A stretch of DNA of 32,000 nt from Tepidanaerobacteraceae bacterium (GCA_050949705.1 JBMNGG010000021.1:18845-50844); one strand, 5' to 3'; shown: positions 9,500 to 18,591, counted from the first letter of the stretch. Notes: a model not told the origin generated them from the letters alone. Translations and numbers: made by a program.

Positions 9500-10594
9500 A
9501 TGTTAATAATGGAAGATAAAAGGCTCTTAATTACTTTGAACTTTATTCCAAAACTCGGTCCTGTAAAAATACAATCTCTAACAGAAAGATATAATAACTA
9601 TTATGATTTTTTAAATGCAAAAACAGAAGATTTGATGAAGATTCCGGGTATTGGAAAGGTATTGAGTGATAAAATAGTATCATATAGAACCAAGATAGAT
9701 CCTGATGAGGAGATTAAAAAAGCAGCAAAACTTGGTATTAATATAGTAACAATTCTCGATGAAGATTATCCAAAATTACTAAAGAAAATATATGATCCAC
9801 CACCTGTGCTTTATATTAAAGGTGATATATCATCCTTAAACAAAAATTCTATTGCTATAGTAGGTGCAAGAAAGGCTTCTAATTATGGTAAAAATGCTGC
9901 TATTTATTTTGCAAAGGAATTGGCTTTAATGAATATTAATATTGTAAGTGGTATGGCTAGAGGTATTGACTCTTATGCCCATAAAGGTGCTTTAGATGTC
10001 AAAGGTACCACTACAGCTGTTTTAGGATGCGGTTTAGATGTGATTTATCCGCCAGAAAATGGAAAATTAATGAGTAAGATAATAGAACAAGGTTGTATTA
10101 TATCGACCTTTCCAATTGGTACACAGCCAACTCCTGCAAATTTCCCTGCGAGGAACCGGATAATCAGTGGATTATCCTTAGGCACAGTGGTAATAGAAGC
10201 AGCTGAAAAAAGTGGTTCTTTAATAACAGCTGATTTTGCTTTAGAACAGGGAAGAGAGGTGTTTGCTGTTCCTGGAAGCATATTCAGTCCTTATAGTAAA
10301 GGTACCCATAGATTGATTAAACAAGGGGCTAAACTTACAGAGGACACCGAAGATATTCTGGAAGAACTTTATTTAGAAAGATTAGAAAATATAAATGAAA
10401 GTTGTAATAAAGTACAGAGCCTTAGCCCGAGTGAGAAAACCATATTTGAGTTAATAGATTATCATCCTTCGCATATTGAACAAATTATTAATTTAGCCCA
10501 AAGCAATTCTCAAAAAGTAAATGCAATAATAACTCGTCTGGAACTCAAAGGTTTTATTTCATCTCTGCCAGGGTGTTATTATGTTAGAAATTGA
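9500..10594 (+). CDS. dprA: DNA processing protein DprA (Smf)
   Basis: 364-aa ORF with GARKASNYG, SGMARGIDSYAHKGAL, FPARNRIISGLS, SGSLITA and a C-terminal winged-helix region. There is no strong SD, and ATG 9509 is an alternative start. Confidence 0.9.
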   Translation: MLIMEDKRLLITLNFIPKLGPVKIQSLTERYNNYYDFLNAKTEDLMKIPGIGKVLSDKIVSYRTKIDPDEEIKKAAKLGINIVTILDEDYPKLLKKIYDPPPVLYIKGDISSLNKNSIAIVGARKASNYGKNAAIYFAKELALMNINIVSGMARGIDSYAHKGALDVKGTTTAVLGCGLDVIYPPENGKLMSKIIEQGCIISTFPIGTQPTPANFPARNRIISGLSLGTVVIEAAEKSGSLITADFALEQGREVFAVPGSIFSPYSKGTHRLIKQGAKLTEDTEDILEELYLERLENINESCNKVQSLSPSEKTIFELIDYHPSHIEQIINLAQSNSQKVNAIITRLELKGFISSLPGCYYVRN

Positions 10595-10618
10595 CTTATG
10601 TATTTAAATAGTTATAAT
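10591..10618 (+). promoter_or_regulatory. Sigma-A-type promoter for topA
   Basis: TTGACT (10591-10596, overlapping the dprA stop), a 16-nt spacer, then TATAAT (10613-10618). Confidence 0.55.
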
Positions 10619-10654
10619 TATTAATAATTACCAACTTTAAAAAGGTGATTTTTA

Positions 10655-12727
10655 ATGGCTAAATCTTTAATTATCGTTGAGTCTCCAGCAAAAGCAAAAA
10701 CCCTAAGCAAATACTTAGGTAGAAATTACAAAATCGAAGCATCGATGGGTCACGTAAAAGATCTACCTAAAAGTCAATTAGGTATAAACGTTGAATCAGG
10801 TTTTTCACCTAAATATATTACCATACGTGGGAAAGGGCCTTTGTTGAACAAATTAAAAAAAGAAGCAGCAAAAGTAGATAGAATATTACTAGCTACTGAC
10901 CCAGATCGAGAAGGTGAAGCTATTTCGTGGCATTTAGCTAATGCTTTGGGAGTGTCGGAGGAAAAGCCGTGTCGTGTAGAATTCCATGAAATAACAAAGA
11001 ATGCTGTATTAGAATCCATCAAACATCCTAGAACTATAAACATTGATCTAGTAGAGGCGCAGCAGGCTAGAAGAATTCTAGACCGCTTAGTTGGATATAA
11101 GATTAGTCCAATCTTATGGAGAAAAGTAAAATGGGGTCTTAGTGCAGGAAGAGTGCAGTCGGTTGCTGTTAGGATTATTTGTGATAGAGAAAAAGAAATA
11201 AGAGAATTTGTACCAAAAGAATATTGGACTATTGATGTTGAGCTCAAAGATACAAAATCAGATACAAAAGTAAAAGCTCGCCTACATTTAAAAGATAATA
11301 AAAAAATAACAATAGATGATAAAAACCAAGCAAATGCAATTTTAGAAAAAATAAAAAAGGAGATCTTTAAAGTTGATAAGGTCAAAAGAAGCCAGAGGAA
11401 AAGATCTCCTGCACCTACTTTTACAACAAGTACCATGCAACAAGAAGCTGCTAGAAAATTGGGTTTTACCGCAAAAAAAACTATGATGGTAGCTCAACAA
11501 CTGTATGAAGGACTAGATATAAAAGGTGAAGGAACCGTAGGTTTAATTACTTATATGAGAACTGATTCAACGCGAATATCAGAACAGGCTCAGAAAGAAG
11601 CAAAAGAATTTATTAAGAATAACCATGGAAAAGATTATATAGGTAGTTCTATAAAACAAAAAAATAAAAAAAATATTCAGGACGCACATGAAGGAATAAG
11701 ACCTACATCGGTGTTTAGAAATCCTGAGAATATTAAAGACTCTATTACAAAAGATCAATATAAATTATATAAACTTATCTGGAAGAGATTTATCAGTAGT
11801 CAAATGGCTCCTGCTATCTATGACACAGTGTCTGTAGATATAAAAGCAGGAGAATATATTTTCAGAGTTACAGGTTCCACAATCAAATTTCCGGGTTTTA
11901 TGATCGTCTATACAGAGGGAACAGATGACGAAGCGGATAATGAAGATAGTCAACTACCAGAACTTAAAGAGGGGCAAATATTGAAATTAATAAAACCAAT
12001 TCCAGAGCAACACTTTACCCAGCCAAGTCCACGATATACAGAAGCTATGTTAGTTAAAGTTCTTGAAGAAAAAGGTATAGGCAGACCTAGCACATATGCA
12101 CCGACAATTGATGTAATACAAAAGAGAGGATATGTGGAAAAAGAAAAAGGTCGCTTTAAACCAACAGAACTTGGAGAAATTGTTGTGGAAATATTACAAG
12201 ATTATTTTAGTGACATTGTAGATATTGACTTTACTGCTGCTATGGAAGAGCAATTAGACAAAATTGAATCAGGATCAGAAAATCGCCTGAAAGTTTTACA
12301 ATCATTTTATTCTTCTTTTGAAAATAAGCTAAAAATTGCTGAAAAAGAAATTGAAAAGGTGAAAATCGAAGATGAAGTAAGTGATGAAAAGTGTGAGTTT
12401 TGTGGTAGGAATATGGTTATAAAGCGAGGAAGATATGGCAGATTTTTAGCTTGTCCAGGTTTTCCTGATTGTAAAAATACTAAACCCATAATAGAGGAAA
12501 TAGGCGTAAAATGCCCCGAATGTGGTGGTAGTATTATTCTAAGAAGATCTAAACGTGGGAGAACTTTTTACGGTTGTTCTAATTATCCAGATTGCAAATT
12601 TGTTTCTTGGAACAAACCAAGTAGTAACAAGTGTCCTCGATGTGGTAGTTTTATGGTAATAAAGAATAAAAAGACTGGTGAATATGAGGCATGTACAAAC
12701 AAGGACTGTAATTATAAGTCAAAATAG
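10655..12727 (+). CDS. topA: DNA topoisomerase I
   Basis: 690-aa ORF with Toprim LIIVESPAKAKTL and TDPDREGEAISWH, and the active-site region ITYMRTDS. It has three C-terminal Cys4 zinc ribbons (CEFCG...CPGFPDC, CPECG...CSNYPDC, CPRCG...CTNKDC). Confidence 0.97.
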   Translation: MAKSLIIVESPAKAKTLSKYLGRNYKIEASMGHVKDLPKSQLGINVESGFSPKYITIRGKGPLLNKLKKEAAKVDRILLATDPDREGEAISWHLANALGVSEEKPCRVEFHEITKNAVLESIKHPRTINIDLVEAQQARRILDRLVGYKISPILWRKVKWGLSAGRVQSVAVRIICDREKEIREFVPKEYWTIDVELKDTKSDTKVKARLHLKDNKKITIDDKNQANAILEKIKKEIFKVDKVKRSQRKRSPAPTFTTSTMQQEAARKLGFTAKKTMMVAQQLYEGLDIKGEGTVGLITYMRTDSTRISEQAQKEAKEFIKNNHGKDYIGSSIKQKNKKNIQDAHEGIRPTSVFRNPENIKDSITKDQYKLYKLIWKRFISSQMAPAIYDTVSVDIKAGEYIFRVTGSTIKFPGFMIVYTEGTDDEADNEDSQLPELKEGQILKLIKPIPEQHFTQPSPRYTEAMLVKVLEEKGIGRPSTYAPTIDVIQKRGYVEKEKGRFKPTELGEIVVEILQDYFSDIVDIDFTAAMEEQLDKIESGSENRLKVLQSFYSSFENKLKIAEKEIEKVKIEDEVSDEKCEFCGRNMVIKRGRYGRFLACPGFPDCKNTKPIIEEIGVKCPECGGSIILRRSKRGRTFYGCSNYPDCKFVSWNKPSSNKCPRCGSFMVIKNKKTGEYEACTNKDCNYKSK

Positions 12728-12744
12728 ATTTCGGGGTGAAGCCT

Positions 12745-14043
12745 ATGAAACGTGTGAAAATCATAGGAGCAGGTTTAGCAGGATGTGAGGCTGCCTGGTA
12801 CTTAGCACAAAATAATATTGAAGTAGATCTATTTGAGATGAGGCCAAGTAAGACAACACCAGCTCATCATACCGGTAATCTTGCTGAGCTCGTTTGCAGT
12901 AACTCTTTTAGATCCGATGCTCTTACGAATGCTGCAGGTCTTTTAAAGGTAGAAATGAGGCAGTTGAATTCTATCATTATGAAAGTAGCTGATTGGACTA
13001 GGGTACCTGCTGGTACGGCTTTAGCTGTAGACAGAGCATCTTTTTCTTTAAAAATAACAGAAATGATAAAGAATCATCCTAATATAAGGTTTCATGTAAA
13101 GGAAATATGTAACATACCACACCCACCCGCGATAATAGCTACTGGGCCACTAACGTCTGATGGGCTTTCAGAACAGCTTGCTTCTTTCTTAGGTAAGGAA
13201 CATCTATATTTTTATGATGCGGCTGCACCTATCATTACTAGTGAGTCTATAGATTGGTCAAAAGTTTTTTGGGGTTCTAGATATGATAAAGGTCCTGCAG
13301 ATTATGTAAACATTCCTCTTACACATAAAGAATATGATCTTTTTTATAATGAATTAATCAATGCGGAAACCCAACAATTAAGAGAATTTGAAAAACCTAA
13401 GTTTTTTGAGGGTTGTATACCTATAGAAGTCATGGCAAAAAGAGGTTACAAAACCTTACTTTTCGGTCCCTTGAAACCGGTAGGAATAGTTAACCCCCAT
13501 ACAGGTAAACAGCCTTTTGCAGTTGTGCAATTGAGAAAAGAAAATACCGAAGGCTCTTTATTCAATATTGTTGGATTCCAAACAAGTCTCAGATGGAAAG
13601 AACAGAAAAGAGTCTTTTCTCTTTTGCCAGGTTTAATAAATGCTGAATTTATACGCTATGGTTTTATCCATAGGAATACTTTTATCAGAAGTCCTATATT
13701 TTTAAATCCAACGTTAGAGTTTAAGAAACAAAAAGGACTATTTTTTGCAGGCCAAATAACAGGAGTTGAAGGATATATAGAATCAGCTGCTACAGGAATA
13801 ATTGCAGGTATTAATATGAAAAGGTTCATAAATAGGCAAGAATATATTAATGTACCACGGGAAACTATTATAGGAGCTTTGTGTAATTATATTTCATCTT
13901 CTAATCCTGAACACTTCCAGCCCATGAAAGCAAATTTTGGAATTTTGCCACCATTACTTGCTGGTACATTATCAAAAAAAGAAAGAAATAGATTATTAAG
14001 TGAAAGAGCTCTTAGAGAATTGAAAAGTATTGTCGATATTTAG
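12745..14043 (+). CDS. trmFO: Folate-dependent tRNA (U54-C5)-methyltransferase TrmFO (Gid)
   Basis: It has the FAD motif IIGAGLAGCEAAW, plus ELVCSNSFR and FAGQITGVEGYIESAATG. I chose ATG 12745 (RBS GGGGTGA) over the track GTG 12736. Confidence 0.93.
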   Translation: MKRVKIIGAGLAGCEAAWYLAQNNIEVDLFEMRPSKTTPAHHTGNLAELVCSNSFRSDALTNAAGLLKVEMRQLNSIIMKVADWTRVPAGTALAVDRASFSLKITEMIKNHPNIRFHVKEICNIPHPPAIIATGPLTSDGLSEQLASFLGKEHLYFYDAAAPIITSESIDWSKVFWGSRYDKGPADYVNIPLTHKEYDLFYNELINAETQQLREFEKPKFFEGCIPIEVMAKRGYKTLLFGPLKPVGIVNPHTGKQPFAVVQLRKENTEGSLFNIVGFQTSLRWKEQKRVFSLLPGLINAEFIRYGFIHRNTFIRSPIFLNPTLEFKKQKGLFFAGQITGVEGYIESAATGIIAGINMKRFINRQEYINVPRETIIGALCNYISSSNPEHFQPMKANFGILPPLLAGTLSKKERNRLLSERALRELKSIVDI

Positions 14044-14089
14044 ATATAGGTGTCAAAAAAAAAATTTAGAAATAATTTAGAATTTAGTC

Positions 14090-14118
14090 TTGCATGAATC
14101 AATTTCTTGTGGTAGTAT
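14090..14118 (+). promoter_or_regulatory. Sigma-A-type promoter for the xerC-hslV-hslU-codY operon (extended -10)
   Basis: TTGCAT (14090-14095), a 17-nt spacer, then TGgTAGTAT (14110-14118). Three AATTTAG repeats lie immediately upstream. Confidence 0.5.
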
Positions 14119-14148
14119 ATATGATGTTAGCTGAAAGGGTTGGTACTT

Positions 14149-15052
14149 ATGGATGAGCCACTGATTGAGAGCTTTTTAACATACTTAAAAGCAACGAAAA
14201 CAGCATCCCAAAACACGGTTCGAGCATATACTACAGACCTTTTCCAGTTTCTTGAATATTTAAAACAGAAAAAACTATCTGAACCCGTTTTGTTAAATGC
14301 CAACTATATACATATTAGAGGGTTTTTTGCACTACTTCGAGAAAGGAGAGATCTCAAAGAAAACTATAGCAAGAAAGTTGTCTGTTTTAAGAAGTTTTTA
14401 CAAGTATATGGTTATTGAGGGTCATATAGAAGAAAATATCGCTAAGATGGTTAACACACCTAAAACAGGCAAAAGGCTTCCACTATTTTTATACACTAAA
14501 GAGATAGAAGCACTACTTTCTGCACCTGAAAATGATACTCTAGGTATTAGGAATCGGGCAATAATGGAACTTTTATATGCAACTGGAATGAGAGTAAGTG
14601 AGTTGGTTTCACTAAAGACTAGTGATGTGAATTTTGGTTCAAACTATATAATAGTATTAGGAAAAGGTTCAAAGGAGAGAATTGTTTTTTTTGGGAAAAA
14701 AGCTGGTGAAAGCTTAGAAGAATATTTAACAAGGAGCAGGCCATTTTTATTAAGAAAAATAAGTTGTAATAATTTGTTTCTTAATAAAAATGGAACAGAA
14801 TTGTCTGCTAGGAGTGTTAGAAGAATTATACAAAAGTACGTTAGAATTGTTGCATTAAATGAAAAGATAAGTCCACATACACTTAGACATACCTTTGCAA
14901 CTCATATGCTAAATAATGGTGCAGATCTAAAAACAGTAAAAGAATTGTTAGGTCATTCAAGCTTATCCACCACTCAAATTTATACTCATGTAACAAAAGA
15001 AAGATTGAAAGAAGTCTATGACAAAACTTTTCCCCATAAAACAAATCAATAA
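14149..15052 (+). pseudogene. xerC: Tyrosine recombinase XerC (CodV-like), interrupted by a +1 frameshift at a T6 run (could also be a sequencing error or recoding)
   Basis: Two overlapping ORFs (14140-14418 and 14297-15052) together form one XerC. The N-terminal SAM-like domain continues from ...NANYIHIRGF (frame 1) into LHYFEKGEISKKTIARKLSVLRSFYKYMV (frame 2) at GGGTTTTTTG (14320-14329). The catalytic residues look intact (ATGMRVSEL, GKGSKER, HTLRHTFATH, LLGHSSLSTTQIYTH). The likely start is ATG 14149. Confidence 0.75.
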
Positions 15053-15068
15053 AGGAAGGGGAGTTTAA

Positions 15069-15599
15069 ATGTTTTCGGCTACAACTATTTTGGCTATAGT
15101 AAATGAAAAGGGAGCAGCAATTGCCGGTGATGGGCAAGTTACTTTTGGGCAAAATACTATAATGAAGCAACATGCAAAAAAAATAAGAAAAATATACAAT
15201 GGTAATGTTCTTGCCGGTTTTGCAGGCTCAGTAGCCGATGCAATTACACTTTTTGAAAAGTTTGAAGGCAAACTTCATGAGACACACGGTAGCTTAATTA
15301 AAGCAGCTGTAGAGCTAGCTAAGGAATGGCGTACTGATAAAATGCTAAGAAAACTCGAAGCACTGCTTATTGCAGCAGATAAGGAGCATATTTTGATTAT
15401 TTCAGGCAATGGTGAAGTTATTGAACCAGATGATGGTATTGCTGCTATAGGTTCAGGTGGTTCATATGCGCTTGCAGCAGCTAGAGCTCTAAATCGATAT
15501 ACGGATTTACCTGCAGATAAAATAGCAGAAGAGTCGCTTAGAATTGCTTCTGAGATATGTATCTATACAAATAATTATATTTCCGTCGAAGCCTTATAA
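15069..15599 (+). CDS. hslV: ATP-dependent protease subunit HslV (ClpQ/CodW type)
   Basis: 176-aa ORF with N-terminus [11 protein letters not shown], plus GDGQVTFG and [14 protein letters not shown]. The short pre-TT extension resembles Bacillus CodW. Confidence 0.95.
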   Translation: MFSATTILAIVNEKGAAIAGDGQVTFGQNTIMKQHAKKIRKIYNGNVLAGFAGSVADAITLFEKFEGKLHETHGSLIKAAVELAKEWRTDKMLRKLEALLIAADKEHILIISGNGEVIEPDDGIAAIGSGGSYALAAARALNRYTDLPADKIAEESLRIASEICIYTNNYISVEAL

Positions 15600-15611
15600 G
15601 GAGGTGAGATA

Positions 15612-17006
15612 ATGGAGAGTTTGGTGCCAAGGAAAATTGTTGAAGAACTCGATAAATATATAATCGGGCAAGATGATGCAAAAAAATCTGTTGCTATTGC
15701 TCTTAGAAATAGATATAGAAGGCAAAAACTCCCAAGTGATATTAAAGAAGAAGTAGTTCCCAAAAACATATTAATGATTGGTCCAACGGGTGTGGGGAAA
15801 ACAGAAATCGCTAGAAGGCTAGCTAAATTAGTAAAAGCCCCGTTTATTAAAGTCGAAGTAACGAAGTTTACCGAAGTTGGATATGTTGGTAGAGACGTAG
15901 AATCAATGGTTAGAGATTTAGTAGAGACAGCTGTACGCATGGTAAAACAGGAAAAGATGGAAACAGTTCAAGATAAAGCTAAAGAACTAGCTGATCAAAG
16001 AATTGCTGAAATACTTTATCCACTTCCAACTGAACAAAGTCCTTTAAATCCATTTGAAGCGATTTTTAGGGGGACTACCAAGCATAATAATGATGATGAC
16101 GAAAGCTACCAGGACAAGATAAGACAATCTAAAGTTAAGCAAAAACACATACTAGAAGATATAAAAAATGGTAGATTGGATAATGAAATAATAGAAATTG
16201 AAGTTGAAGACAGTTCTCCGCCGATGTTGGAAGTGTTTTCCGGATCAGGTATGGAAGAAATGGGCATTAATATGCAAGACATGTTTGGAAGCCTATTTCC
16301 AAAACGTAGAAAAAAACGTAAAGTTACGATTGAAAACGCCCGGAGAATTTTGACTCAGGAAGAAGCTCAAAAATTAATAGATATGGATGAAGTAATAAAT
16401 GATTCTATTAAAAAAGCCGAAGAATCGGGCATTATTTTTATAGATGAGATAGATAAAATTGCCGGAAAGGAATCACACGGCCCAGATGTTTCTCGTGAGG
16501 GAGTGCAAAGAGATATATTACCAATTGTAGAGGGATCAACTGTTATTACAAAATATGGTCCGCTGAAAACAGATCATATTTTGTTTATAGCAGCGGGAGC
16601 CTTTCATGTTTCCAAACCTTCCGATTTAATACCCGAATTGCAAGGCCGCTTTCCAATAAGAGTAGAATTAAAGAGTCTATCAGAAAAGGATTTAAAAAAG
16701 ATTTTAATAGAACCTAAAAATTCTTTAATTAAACAATATACTGCATTAATTGAAACTGAAGGTATAAAAATACGATTTTCAGAAGATGCTATTAATGAAA
16801 TAGTAAAAGTGGCAGCATATGTAAATCAGCAATCAGAAAATATTGGTGCGAGAAGGCTTCATACTGTCATGGAAAAGTTGCTTGAGGATATATCCTTTAA
16901 TGCTTCTGAACTATCTGATAAAGAAATTATAATAGATAAAAATTATGTTAGCTCGAAGTTGAAGGATATTATTAAAGACAAAGATCTAAGTATGTATATT
17001 TTGTAG
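15612..17006 (+). CDS. hslU: ATP-dependent protease ATPase subunit HslU (ClpY)
   Basis: 464-aa ORF with [20 protein letters not shown], Walker [20 protein letters not shown], Walker [12 protein letters not shown], and a C-terminal sensor region. Confidence 0.97.
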   Translation: MESLVPRKIVEELDKYIIGQDDAKKSVAIALRNRYRRQKLPSDIKEEVVPKNILMIGPTGVGKTEIARRLAKLVKAPFIKVEVTKFTEVGYVGRDVESMVRDLVETAVRMVKQEKMETVQDKAKELADQRIAEILYPLPTEQSPLNPFEAIFRGTTKHNNDDDESYQDKIRQSKVKQKHILEDIKNGRLDNEIIEIEVEDSSPPMLEVFSGSGMEEMGINMQDMFGSLFPKRRKKRKVTIENARRILTQEEAQKLIDMDEVINDSIKKAEESGIIFIDEIDKIAGKESHGPDVSREGVQRDILPIVEGSTVITKYGPLKTDHILFIAAGAFHVSKPSDLIPELQGRFPIRVELKSLSEKDLKKILIEPKNSLIKQYTALIETEGIKIRFSEDAINEIVKVAAYVNQQSENIGARRLHTVMEKLLEDISFNASELSDKEIIIDKNYVSSKLKDIIKDKDLSMYIL

Positions 17007-17071
17007 GATAATCAAACTCCAACAAAATCTAAAAAAATATATAATAATGCAAAAAAATAGGAGGAATTTAA

Positions 17072-17857
17072 ATGAGTGAAAGTTTATTAGCAAAAACTAG
17101 GAGAATTAACAAACTATTGCAAAGGTCAGCAGGATACCCAGTAGATTTTAATGATGTATGTAAAACTCTTGGTGAAGTATTATCCGTAAATGCATATGTG
17201 GCAAGCCGCAAAGGAAAAGTATTGGGTTACTATTTATTGGAAGATTATGAATGTGATGCAGTAGAAGATGAAGTATTAGAAGAGAAAATGTTCCCAAAAG
17301 AGTATAATGATAAATTACTTGAAATCCATGAAACACGGTTTAACATTGTTCAAGATTCACAAAAATGCGTTTTCCTGGAAGATACTGAATGTCCATATGA
17401 TAACAAGCTTACAACAATTGTTCCAATAAATGGAGGCGGTGAGAGGCTAGGCACATTAATTCTAGCTAGATTTAATAAAGAATTTACCGATGAAGATTTA
17501 GTTTTGGCTGAATATAGTGCTACTGTTGTAGGAATGGAGATTTTGAGGTCAAAAAGTGACGAAATAGAGGAAGAAGCAAGGAGAAAGGCAGTTGTCCAAT
17601 TGGCTATTGGAACTCTATCCTTTTCTGAATTAGAAGCAGTTGAGCATATTTTTGAAGAGCTAGATGGTAATGAAGGATTATTAGTCGCAAGCAAGATAGC
17701 TGATAGAGTTGGAATAACTCGTTCTGTTATAGTTAATGCACTAAGAAAATTTGAAAGTGCAGGAGTTATTGAATCAAGATCTCTCGGAATGAAAGGAACT
17801 TACATAAAGATCTTAAACGACAAACTGTTAGAAGAACTAAAAAAGGTAAGAGGTTAG
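17072..17857 (+). CDS. codY: GTP/BCAA-sensing pleiotropic repressor CodY
   Basis: 261-aa ORF with an N-terminal GAF-like domain. It has the highly conserved C-terminal [47 protein letters not shown]. Confidence 0.97.
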   Translation: MSESLLAKTRRINKLLQRSAGYPVDFNDVCKTLGEVLSVNAYVASRKGKVLGYYLLEDYECDAVEDEVLEEKMFPKEYNDKLLEIHETRFNIVQDSQKCVFLEDTECPYDNKLTTIVPINGGGERLGTLILARFNKEFTDEDLVLAEYSATVVGMEILRSKSDEIEEEARRKAVVQLAIGTLSFSELEAVEHIFEELDGNEGLLVASKIADRVGITRSVIVNALRKFESAGVIESRSLGMKGTYIKILNDKLLEELKKVRG

Positions 17858-17909
17858 TGGAAAAATAATCTGATTAACATAATCAGATTATAACAAAAAC
17901 CATTATACG

Positions 17910-17974
17910 AAAGCAGCCATTGATATGTTTCTTTTAATTAAAAGAAACATATTACTTTAGCTGCTTTTTATTTT
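17910..17974 (+). terminator. Strong rho-independent terminator downstream of codY
   Basis: The outer stem pairs AAAGCAGC (17910-17917) with GCTGCTTT (17960-17967). It encloses a perfect 30-nt palindrome ATATGTTTCTTTTAATTAAAAGAAACATAT (17923-17952). The stem runs directly into TTTTTATTTT. Confidence 0.8.
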
Positions 17975-17980
17975 AAAAAA

Positions 17981-18007
17981 AGGATTTTTGACGACTTTTG
18001 TCCAATA
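17981..18007 (+). promoter_or_regulatory. Upstream copy (R1) of a duplicated TTGAC-containing promoter/operator-like module
   Basis: AGGATTTTTGACGACTTTTGTCCAATA. It matches R2 at 23 of 26 aligned positions and contains TTGACG and the imperfect inverted repeat GACGA-CTT-TTGTC. No good -10 hexamer lies at 16-18 nt. Confidence 0.35.
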
Positions 18008-18106
18008 TGTAAATCTAGCCAATTAAAACAATTCAAAATATATCCATTCGATATAAAAAAGTAGAAAAAAATAACAAAATCTGCCTTTTTATTGTATGGA
18101 AAAAGA

Positions 18107-18141
18107 AGGATTTTGACAACATTTGTCTAATAATATATTTA
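18107..18141 (+). promoter_or_regulatory. Proximal copy (R2) of the duplicated module; probable flgB operon promoter region
   Basis: AGGATTTTGACAACATTTGTCTAATA with a consensus -35 TTGACA (18113-18118). -10 candidates are TATATT (18134-18139, 15-nt spacer) and TATTTA (18136-18141, 17-nt spacer). It contains the inverted repeat GACAA-CAT-TTGTC (18115-18127) and lies ~60 nt upstream of the flgB ATG. Confidence 0.4.
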
Positions 18142-18192
18142 TGTTGTGCAAGTATTACCTTTCATGCATTACTTTAGTGGAGGTAAACAAAT

Positions 18193-18588
18193 ATGTTTAG
18201 TAAAATTAATATAATGGGAAAAATTTTAGATGTAAAACTAAAAAGGCATGAACTCTTATCTAATAATTTAGCTAATGTGGATACGCCTGGTTATAAAAGG
18301 TCTGATATTTCTTTTGAAGACAAATTGAAAGATTATTTAAGCAGAACAACTATTCCATTAGTTACTACAAATGCAAAGCATATAAATACAAAAAGTTCAA
18401 TTTATGATTTAAAACCTGAAATTTTTCAGCAATATAATCGCAGTTTCAGAAATGATCAAAACAATGTTGACGTGGAAAGAGAAATGGTAGAACTGACAAA
18501 AAACACATTTTCATACAATATAATAGCGGACCAAATACAGAACAACTTTAAGATTTTACAGACTGCTATATCTGAAGGGAGGAAATAG
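18193..18588 (+). CDS. flgB: Flagellar basal-body rod protein FlgB
   Basis: 131-aa ORF with the rod N-terminal motif LSNNLANVDTPGYKR. It is the first gene of the flagellar cluster, and the RBS is GGAGG 9 nt upstream. Confidence 0.93.
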   Translation: MFSKINIMGKILDVKLKRHELLSNNLANVDTPGYKRSDISFEDKLKDYLSRTTIPLVTTNAKHINTKSSIYDLKPEIFQQYNRSFRNDQNNVDVEREMVELTKNTFSYNIIADQIQNNFKILQTAISEGRK

Positions 18589-18591
18589 TGT

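Noticed and set aside
10774-11436. 220-aa ORF on the minus strand inside topA. Similar minus-strand ORFs occur at 365-802, 3392-3688, 6626-6931, 15575-15940, 17350-17694, 28896-29192, 29316-29606, 31044-31391 and elsewhere.
   Set aside because: All lie entirely antisense to strongly supported + strand genes. They have low-complexity Ser/Leu/Phe/Ile-rich translations typical of shadow frames in AT-rich DNA, no RBS and no recognisable motifs. I treat them as spurious.
14140-15052. Reading the two ORFs 14140-14418 and 14297-15052 as separate genes, or reading the recombinase as a phage or ICE integrase marking a mobile element.
   Set aside because: The two pieces are contiguous halves of one XerC-type recombinase. 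The conserved codV-clpQ-clpY-codY context, the absence of flanking repeats or a tRNA, and the absence of any phage or transposon genes argue for the chromosomal dimer-resolution enzyme, not a mobile-element integrase.
18024-18054. Possible SigD/FliA-type promoter: TTCGATAT (18047-18054) resembles the -10 GCCGATAT, with TAAA at 18024-18027.
   Set aside because: The spacing between TAAA and the -10 octamer is 19 nt rather than ~15. The two G/C positions at the start of the octamer are not matched, and no TAAA lies at the correct distance. It cannot be supported from sequence.
17975-18192. A c-di-GMP riboswitch or an invertible flagellar switch in the flgB 5' region, as known upstream of flgB in Clostridioides difficile.
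   Set aside because: The region is extremely AT-rich and lacks the GC-containing helices and conserved GEMM-type segments. The repeats present (R1/R2) are direct, not inverted, so they cannot flank an invertible segment.
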